64,000 bases of DNA, from the NCBI RefSeq assembly GCF_963853765.1, contig NC_088858.1, positions 40,238,001-40,302,000 of the forward strand, given 5' to 3'. Position numbers and translations under genes: made by a program. Each line of letters opens with the position of its first letter. Positions within the stretch are counted from its first letter, which is position 1. This document shows, in pieces, positions 56,418-64,000 of this stretch. The notes beneath the pieces were generated by a model. The model had not been told where the DNA came from. It saw nothing but the letters and a program-made list of their open reading frames with translations, and searched no databases. The stretch comes from Magallana gigas. Lineage: Eukaryota.

Positions 56418-56700
56418 ACCTATCACAGCTGCGATAATCCCTCTTCGCTCCTTTAATTTCACCAAATCCGATCTTTTCGCCTTCATCAATAATGTGTGCA
56501 CACTCTTCAGGTGTCATTAACTGGTGCAGTAAAAAACCTTGATCACCGAAGTCCAGAATTTCTGATCTGTTAACTTCATCGTCGCTGTATTTACGTGTGT
56601 CCTCAAATACTGACAAACTGTGAACATCGTTTAGGTCGCTTGCAAGTTCACCATTGACATTTGCCCCCGCCTCCGCTCCGGGTATAAATTCTGAGCTCAT
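54732..56700 (-). CDS. 2OG-Fe(II) oxygenase (prolyl-4-hydroxylase-like, 2OG-FeII_Oxy_3 type) with C-terminal TPR-like helices, 309 aa, 6 exons
   Basis: Phase-consistent exons 56420-56700, 56118-56280, 55764-55934, 55513-55628, 55299-55416, 54732-54812. Metal triad PHFDG...LHEG, TFMIYLN.DFDGGST and KYILRTD motifs. Tail KAIAMIQEAERLEAQGDCMQAAELYRKAFKLSPELENCY*. Confidence 0.9.
56376..56413. repeat. (CT)n microsatellite directly after the intron-1 donor of the oxygenase gene
   Basis: Directly visible; reads (GA)n right after GTGAGT on the transcript strand. Confidence 0.95.
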
Positions 56701-57155
56701 TTCTAGAATCTAGTAAGTAAAACGATTCTCTGTCTCCGATGTTTGTTTATTTCACAACACATGCTTCCGGATATCTTCATCTATTTTTACCTTTGACGTT
56801 TTCGCAATTTGGCTATGTCGGTCTTGAACTGAGTCGTTTATGTCCGTCTTTGGTTAATTCATGTGGGTATGAGCGAGCATTACAGAAAAAAATACATAAC
56901 TGGTTATATTTGTTGTCAGACCGCACATGACATTGTTTTGGTGGGTTTTTTTTAATCTCAATCAAATTTGAAATAGTCCATGAAAAGCTCCTGAGAGTAT
57001 AAAAAAGTACAAAACAACAGCAACACCTATATCATCATTTCACGAGTATACTGAATAAAACAATGAAAAATAAACAAGAAAACACACAATTCTATATATC
57101 GTTGTTCATACGCGGACAAACTACGAAAGATTGTCTCAGACCAAAAAAGGGATAT

Positions 57156-57994
57156 GGCCAGAAATTAGTCCTGACTTTTACCCCATTTCATTTGTAACCA
57201 GTGACATGGCACTGTTTTTTGGTGACAAAGGTAATATATATGACAAAACTGATTATTTCCTTTCCGCTGAATGGTTTAATTTCATCCAGTAACAATGGTT
57301 ACAGCTGTATTATATTGGTGACAAAGGGTAACAGAAGTGACAAGCCTTTTTCTGTTTATAGCTGCTAGGGTGTCTTATTTTATATGGTTACAATGGTTAC
57401 AATGGTAACAGCTATAATCTATTGGTGACAAGAGGTAACAGAGGTGACGAGCCTTTTTTCTGTTTAGCAGGGGGTCTTATTTTATGTGGTTACAATGGTT
57501 ACAATGGTAACAGCTATAATCCATTGGTGACAAGCGGTAAAAGAGGTGACAAGCCTTTTTCTGTTTAACAGAGGGTCTTATTTTATTTGGTTACAATGGT
57601 TACAACTATATTCTATTGTGACATAGGGTGACAGTGGTGACAGTCATTTTCATGATTTACATGGGGGTCTTTTTTAAATTGGTTACATTGGTAACATTGA
57701 TTACAATGGTTACCTAACCCTAAACTAACCTTAACCCTAATCCTAACCCTAAACTAACCCTAACCCCAAACCCTAAACTAACCATAACCATAGACTAACC
57801 CCTAACCATAACCCTTACCCTAACCCTAACCGAAACATAACTCTATATTGTAACCAATGTAACCAGTAACCACTGTAACCAGTCACAAGTACATCAAAGT
57901 TTGAAAATCATTCATAATCAAACATTGTTACTGATGTAACCAATGTTACTGGTTACAAATTGAAAGGGGTAAAAGTCAGGACTAATTTCTGGCC
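57156..57994. mobile_element. TIR MITE (~840 bp) with internal ~105-bp tandem repeats and a degenerate telomeric (TAACCC)n tract
   Basis: Near-perfect TIR of about 47 bp (GGCCAGAAATTAGTCCTGACTTTTACCCC...), flanked by ATAT on both sides (AWWT-type TSD as in Sola1, or TA TSD). Telomere-like tract 57713-57831. Confidence 0.88.
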
Positions 57995-59287
57995 ATATAT
58001 GAAAAAGGGGGTTAAAAGATGAATTTGTCATGTAAATATATGTTTGTTCATCTGTTCATAGACAATAACCTTTATAAATACAATTACTGAGTGGAGAAAA
58101 AATTCAGAGGATATTAAAATTTATTTTAATAAATCAACCAGTCATTCCAAATAAATCTTGGACTCTTTGCAACCGAAGACGAAATTTTCTGACTAGCCTC
58201 AATTAACTTTTATGGTTTTCGACTTGTCAATCGTAAATTTGATTAATTGTTCATTAAATCAAGTTGTAAGGAAATTAAAATAGTACATTTTCCTTTCTTT
58301 TTTACTATCATACAACTCTGGCATAGAAAAAGTAATCAATGTTTAATATCTTACAAGGACTATATTTTTGGCGTAATAATGGCGTAGGAAAATATCACAC
58401 GTTTCGCAATTCAAAAATGCTGCAGATTAATGAGTCTGTTTAACATTTTTAAAAACATTAACATTAATGTTGGGTTTTTTTTACTAATGTGAACTAATGA
58501 TATGATACTTGGGTTTCAGAATAAGTTTTTAAAATATGATTTGCTCATCAAATTACATTTTTATAAGCCTTTTAAAACGCCCATTCTATAGATTGGTTTT
58601 TGTAAAAAAAAAATCACAAAAATTAGTTTTTCTCTTATTAGATGGTCAATATATTTGAATTTCTGTCAATTTATATCTTTATATAGAGTCTTCAAAATAT
58701 ATAAAAATCAGAAATATTTTATTATTGGAAGCATAAAAAAATAATCAAAATCTCTTCAAAATTGAAGAAAATTAGAGGAAATGCAGGCTAAGCAATCTCA
58801 ATTTTAGTATAAATGTTTATTCCAATTTAGTAGTATAAGCTTATAGACATTCTGATATTCTATCATTTCATTGAAGAATAAAATCTTTAAACTTTATACA
58901 AATGTCAACAGAACTACAAAGAGCTACACTTATTTTTATCATCCTTTACGTTGAGGGAAAAGGTAGTGACCTTGACCTGACCTTTATGCGAAAACAAAAA
59001 GGTCAAATTTGATTAAAGTGATAGAATCATTTGGTAATATGATCCGTCTGACTGTATCAAAATTTCATGAATTTTTTATTTTAAGAAATGTATTTGATAA
59101 CGAGAAGACTACTTCCTTAATTAAGTTGCTTCAAAAATAGCCATAATTCTTTTATTCCAATTGTAGCATTTTGTTTTTGGACAATACAAAAAAAACGCGG
59201 TTTCACATGACAGTAACATTTGTTTCTTAGTTTTATTTTTGCTGTCACTAAAAGTGTAAGTTGTGTCCCAAGAAAAGATTCCATACA

Positions 59288-61360
59288 TTACAAAAGATAT
59301 CGGAATATTTTGACGACTCCATTGCTTCCTCCCACCCAGAGATAGCCGTCAGCGTCCACGGCCACCGAGAACGGCTGCTTCGTAACGCTGTCCGACCTCG
59401 TCAGGAGACTCACAAACTGTCCTTGCTGGTCCAGGAGGTGAATACAGTTGCTTTTATAGTCTGCGATGATCACGTGTCCATAGCGATCACACGTGATTCC
59501 GCACGGTTCGCCGAGTTTGGTAGACTCAGTCCCAGTGTATCTGTGTTTGACCTTTCCGTCATGAGTGAGAATGTGAACGCATCCTTCTTTGTGGTCAGAA
59601 ACATAAATATCTCCGTTGAGATTTTCAGCAATTCTTCTTGGGTACTTCATTTGAATGTGTGCCCGCTCAAATTCCGCAACGACCTTGCTTCCAAGTTTAG
59701 AGTATTTCACAACAACGTTTTTGTCCATTGGACGATATTTGTCATATGTGCTGGATTTTGCAAGACAGATAAGAAGGTCTCCGGATTGTGATAAAGCAAT
59801 GCCTCTAGGAAAATCGTTCAAAACCACCATGTCTCGAATCCTTGTATCTTTATTCAAAAGTTTGATACATCGGTTCTTACGACAAGAAATATACACGTTA
59901 TCGTTTTCGTCGGAAGTGACGTAGTCGACATCGATGTCGTTTCCAAGTTTAATTGTACGTAGTCGAGAACCTAGTCGGTTAAGAAGATGAAGACGAGGAT
60001 CAAATCCACATATCACCCAGGCTCTACCATCAGATACCGGTGCAATACCGCGAATCAGATGCCTTCCTGGAACCTTATAGTGGCCGACTTCCGTCACTGT
60101 TACCGTTGTAGATCCAAGTTTCGAAATTTTCCCGAACAAATCCTCTGTTATTGTTTCCGCTGACTGCGGTTCTAAAAAGTTTATATCGAAACGTGGAATA
60201 AAACCAACTGGTAACATTTTAGACGCTTCTTGTAGATGGAATTGCAAAGTTTCCTTGCCAACAGCAATGTCTTGGTTCGAACCGAAATCTATGCAATGTT
60301 TTGCTGCCGCTACTTGGGAAGAAACAAACGTTATCGCTTCGGTAACTCGATTTTTGAAAATAACCAATCTGTCCTCTTCTATTTGAATTTCTGAATTTAT
60401 CTTGGTTATAAATTTCTCTCTCAGGTCCTCGATTTCCCTATGTAACTTTTCAGAACGTGCGTCAATTTGGTCGATCAAATGTCTTTTTATGCTTAAAACG
60501 GCTTCATCATGATTTTCGACATCTCTAAGTCTCTCCTTTAGTGACGGTAGGTAACTCTGCAAGAAATCCACTGATTCAGTCAATTCCCTCTTCACTTCAT
60601 TGGCAAACTCCTTAATGTTTTGCGTATTGTGTTGTTCATGTGCTTGATCACGGCAGTTCTCACAAATTGGCATTCTACATTTGAAGCAAAAAATGTCGAT
60701 TTCTTGTTTATGTTCCCCGCAATAAGAACGTGACGTCATCTTTTGGCCGTGTTCGCCTGGCTTTTCTGAAACTAAATGATGAGACTTGGACATTTTCATC
60801 TTCAGGTGAATTGTTCCACATCGGGTACAAAAATTCTGCTCACATTCCAAGCAATACGTTTCCGCTAATGTTTTGCCATCGTCGCATGTTTCGCAAATTG
60901 TGTTTTTGATATTTTTTGTAGCCTGTAAGGCATTTATGTAGATATTTGGCTTAAACCCTTGCGCTCCGTCCATTGGTACTGCGTGTCTTATCTTACAAAG
61001 AGGACAAGCGAAGCTACCGGCATCTTTTGTTTGGTCGATGTATTCGTTTAGACATCGGCTGCAGTAGGAATGGTAACAGGGCAACATTTTTGGATCGCTG
61101 TAATCATCAAAACAAAGTCCGCACCATTCAAATTGGCTGTCTTCATTCAGTAAAGCCCGAGGGGTTCGGGTTGTTTCCGATTCTTCGGATATGACCGCCA
61201 TCTTACTTGTTATGGTACTGGAACTCCTTGTTTTGGCAGAATTTGAGAGTGGTACACCTGTGAGACTGTTAGAGAAGGAAGAGATCGAGGGTAGTCTTAT
61301 TACCTCTCCCGCCATCTTGGATGAATTCATTTCATTATATTCCAATTCAACAAGCCTCAT
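59288..61360 (-). CDS. RING-B-box-B-box-coiled-coil-NHL tripartite motif protein (TRIM2/TRIM3-like E3 ligase), intronless CDS, 690 aa
   Basis: RING CGLC..LPCYHSYCSRC...CPLC, B-box1 CETC..CLEC..C..C..H, B-box2 C.EH...CFKC..C..C...H..H, coiled coil, and NHL repeats (FPRGIAL, YPRRIAENLNGDIYVSD, EPCGITCD, QPFSVAVD). Confidence 0.95.
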   Translation of the reverse strand: MRLVELEYNEMNSSKMAGEVIRLPSISSFSNSLTGVPLSNSAKTRSSSTITSKMAVISEESETTRTPRALLNEDSQFEWCGLCFDDYSDPKMLPCYHSYCSRCLNEYIDQTKDAGSFACPLCKIRHAVPMDGAQGFKPNIYINALQATKNIKNTICETCDDGKTLAETYCLECEQNFCTRCGTIHLKMKMSKSHHLVSEKPGEHGQKMTSRSYCGEHKQEIDIFCFKCRMPICENCRDQAHEQHNTQNIKEFANEVKRELTESVDFLQSYLPSLKERLRDVENHDEAVLSIKRHLIDQIDARSEKLHREIEDLREKFITKINSEIQIEEDRLVIFKNRVTEAITFVSSQVAAAKHCIDFGSNQDIAVGKETLQFHLQEASKMLPVGFIPRFDINFLEPQSAETITEDLFGKISKLGSTTVTVTEVGHYKVPGRHLIRGIAPVSDGRAWVICGFDPRLHLLNRLGSRLRTIKLGNDIDVDYVTSDENDNVYISCRKNRCIKLLNKDTRIRDMVVLNDFPRGIALSQSGDLLICLAKSSTYDKYRPMDKNVVVKYSKLGSKVVAEFERAHIQMKYPRRIAENLNGDIYVSDHKEGCVHILTHDGKVKHRYTGTESTKLGEPCGITCDRYGHVIIADYKSNCIHLLDQQGQFVSLLTRSDSVTKQPFSVAVDADGYLWVGGSNGVVKIFRYLL

Positions 61361-63079
61361 TCAATCGGCAGAGATTACAACTTTTAGACAGTCAACTGCC
61401 ATGCTTCTCAAATGCATAAGTTCACTTTTTGTTTCTTTGCATTCTATCGGTTAAAAGGCGTGATTTTTCTACCTATTAGAAACCACTCTTGCGAATGTGC
61501 TTTCTATTATAGTTAAATTTGGACCCTATTTTAGTAATTGATATAAATTTAAAGTTCCTTTGTTGAACTAAGCTATTGTTTTAGCTATAGCAATTTCAAT
61601 TAAAAATCGATGATTATTTTAGAAAGTTATTAATTTTTAGAATATAATAACATGCATGCATTTATAGTACAGTTATCTAACAAATGTGTTTATCGACATG
61701 CATGCATTTACACAATGTACTATACATTCTTGTATATTTTTGGTTCAAATTAACACACTTAAAAGTTTTATTCTTGGTTTCTCCTTTCTATCTCCTTCTT
61801 TCAGATAATGACCAACGACATAAAACATTAATTTGGTGCAAAATGTGATGAAATTGTCAGGTATGTTTAGCATCAAAATGTTTGCACAACACGCGCATAT
61901 TATTTTTTAAATTAGTGTGATCATATTTATTTGATCAATACTGAATGGTTAGTATATTATTTTTACATAACATTCACAAAGAAAATTCATTTGAAATCAA
62001 TGAAAAATAAGTTTTTATGTGGAAGGTTACTCAAAGGAAAGTGACTACACCCCCCCCCCCCCCAAAAAAAAAGGCAATCTTATGAAATTTCAATGTATAC
62101 TTTTTGTTTGATTGAACTTTAATTTAAAACGCACATTTTTAACATTTGATGTGTTTGAAGCGTATTCTGTAGGTCCTTTAACATGAACGAAATCAAATCT
62201 AGTAGAGAATTTGATAGACATTCAGTACGGGCCTATAAAATCATGCCGCAGGCTGATTTTTTTTCGCGCCAAATTTTGCAATAATTTTACCTTTGAAGCC
62301 CTTTATCTAAATTTTGACATCACCTACCACCATGTTTTATTTAAATATGTCAAAATAATACTGAATACACATCTAGACGAACAGAATTAAATTTATAATT
62401 TTTTTTATATATTCAAGAAGCTTTAATCACAGTGCATTTCCAAACAAATTGCATGTATGTCATGAGAATTTTTAAAGCAGCTTCAAAAATATTTTTTCTT
62501 AATCTCTCTAATTAATCTTATCATTGTGTATAATCCAAAACAATATGTGATGTGACATCAGGGATGACATTCGTCCCTGGCGATTGCATTTTAAGTCCAA
62601 AAAGACAAAATTAAATGCACCATATAACTCAGAGGAATGAACACTGCTCCCCTATGTTTTCTTTGTATTTTTAAAGTATTTTTTGTCTACATATTTTTAT
62701 CTTGATCCAACAACATTAAGTAGTGAGAGGCTTCGCTAAGACAATTCCCTTTTTTTGTAAGTTAAAATTTATCTTGTTTAGCGACAAATTGCGAATCATT
62801 CTGCACTTGGGCTAACATTTATTCTATTTTTACGCCATCTGTCGGGGAAACACCTCAGTAAACGGAAGTAAACATGCGTCAGCCATGTTACTGAACAGGG
62901 ACAAACAATACTTTAATTTAGTTTAATGCAGCGGTTTTCATGGATATATTGTTTTTGTAATAATTAACGGAAGCTTTTCGAATTTCGATATTCACAGGGC
63001 TTTCCTTCGCCGTGTATAGTTTGCAGATAAGATCGTGCACATTGTACAACAAAATACAGTACCATTTTAATCTGTATAC

Positions 63080-64000
63080 ATGGTGAAAATGAGCGTTTCG
63101 TCAGTGCCATCTGCAGGGTCAAGTGCTCGTAGTACACCTGTACCGATGCAAAACTCGCCAGGTCTGGGACCTTACAAACCTATTACCCCCAGCCAGTACG
63201 GTGCCTCGATAGGTAAACAGAGTGATGATGAGCTCAGAAGACAGGGGGTGGATGATCTTCTACGTATGGTGAGGCGTCTTGAATCAGAAAACCGATCAAT
63301 CATCGCTGAGCATAGTAGCATCATCAAAGACGTAAACAGACGAGTCCAGATCTACAACAAGGAGATGCGAGGTCTCAAAGACATTAATCAGAAATTGCAA
63401 GACGACAACCAAGAACTCAGAGACCTCTGTTGTTTTCTGGATGATGACAGACAGAGAAGTAGAAAACTGGCTCGCGAATGGCAGAGATTTGGCCGTTACA
63501 CTGCATCGGTAATGAGAAGTGAGGTCTCTGCATATCAAGAAAAGCTCAAAGCTCTTGAGAACAAGCAGGACGAGTTGATCTCCGAAAACACTGAGCTAAA
63601 AGAGCTGTGCTTGTACCTTGACCAAGAACGAATTCGCTTTACCCAGACTCGAGACGATGGTGATGGCAGTAGCAATAGTACAACAGCCGGGCATGAAGAA
63701 AATAATCAACCCCCACAGATTCCTGATGTAGCTGTTACAAACAATGTGAATAGAAGAGGCAAGTAACACTCTGAAACCTCTGTCTTTCCAGTCCAATGTA
63801 TTCAGGTTTACATACACAACCTCTAAGCTCCGCTGTTTGTTATAACTATAAGCATGCATTTTAGAAGCAATTGTACAAAATGTGTAGATTCAGAAACTAT
63901 AGGTGCTACTGAACAAGTGGCTACTAATAAGGTAAAGGACTGTAGGTATAATAACAGAATATTAAAATGTGATATTTTTGTTTCTTGCAGATTCAACTTA
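63080..64000 (+). CDS. CCDC85C: Coiled-coil domain-containing protein 85 (CCDC85C-like), first coding exon 63080-63758 and start of exon 2 at 63991; continues beyond window
   Basis: Conserved block LKDINQKLQDDNQELRDLCCFLDDDRQRSRKLAREWQRFGRYTASVMRSEV..Y..KL...ELKELCLYLD..RDDGDGSS. A GC-AG intron gives D-S-T-L at the start of exon 2, matching the recalled vertebrate ESTLSYVRQLE. Paralog identity (A/B/C) cannot be resolved. Confidence 0.93.

Noticed and set aside
54732-56700. Bacterial contamination or recent horizontal transfer of the oxygenase
   Set aside because: Five canonical phase-consistent introns and host-like composition; only an ancient origin question remains.
57713-57831. True telomere or chromosome-fusion scar
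   Set aside because: The tract is short, degenerate, in one orientation only, and enclosed by transposon TIRs with a TSD.
59261-61454. Plus-strand ORFs 59261-59791, 59655-59924, 60973-61194 and 61191-61454 as overlapping genes
   Set aside because: Antisense shadows of the TRIM CDS; no recognisable motifs. The same applies to 930-1184, 8345-8578, 15617-15869 and 63296-63538.
63759-63766. Stop at 63766 as the CCDC85 C-terminus
   Set aside because: Read-through past a GC donor; homology continues in the exon starting at 63991.

Overview
AT-rich, intron-rich eukaryotic DNA. The repeat families and the intronless B-box/NHL genes suggest a bivalve mollusc, probably a Crassostrea/Magallana oyster (inference from recalled repeat sequences, no database search). 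Nine protein-coding genes were rebuilt by hand from splice sites and exon phases: the 5' part of an ARHGEF33-like gene (-), TDP1 with an N-terminal PBZ finger (-), B9D2 (+), a RING-less B-box/coiled-coil/NHL gene with an intronless CDS (+), NDUFAF7 (-), ERO1 (+), a 2OG-Fe(II) oxygenase with a TPR-like tail (-), a full RING-B-box-CC-NHL TRIM with an intronless CDS (-) and the 5' end of CCDC85 (+). They include three head-to-head pairs; the NDUFAF7 and ERO1 start codons are only 231 bp apart. Non-coding DNA holds many non-autonomous DNA transposons: two Helentron/HINE-type elements carrying satellite arrays (one with nested MITEs), a Kolobok-like element containing a tRNA-like segment, and a TIR element with degenerate telomeric repeats. 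There is also a perfect 69-bp-arm intronic palindrome. Splicing oddities include 12- and 15-nt microexons and a GC-AG intron. No CRISPR array, rRNA or prokaryotic system is supported, and I found no clear-cut novel multi-gene system. The best leads are the oxygenase-TPR fusion, the palindrome family and a possible B9D2/B-box promoter sharing. Coordinates were counted by hand and may be off by a few bases.
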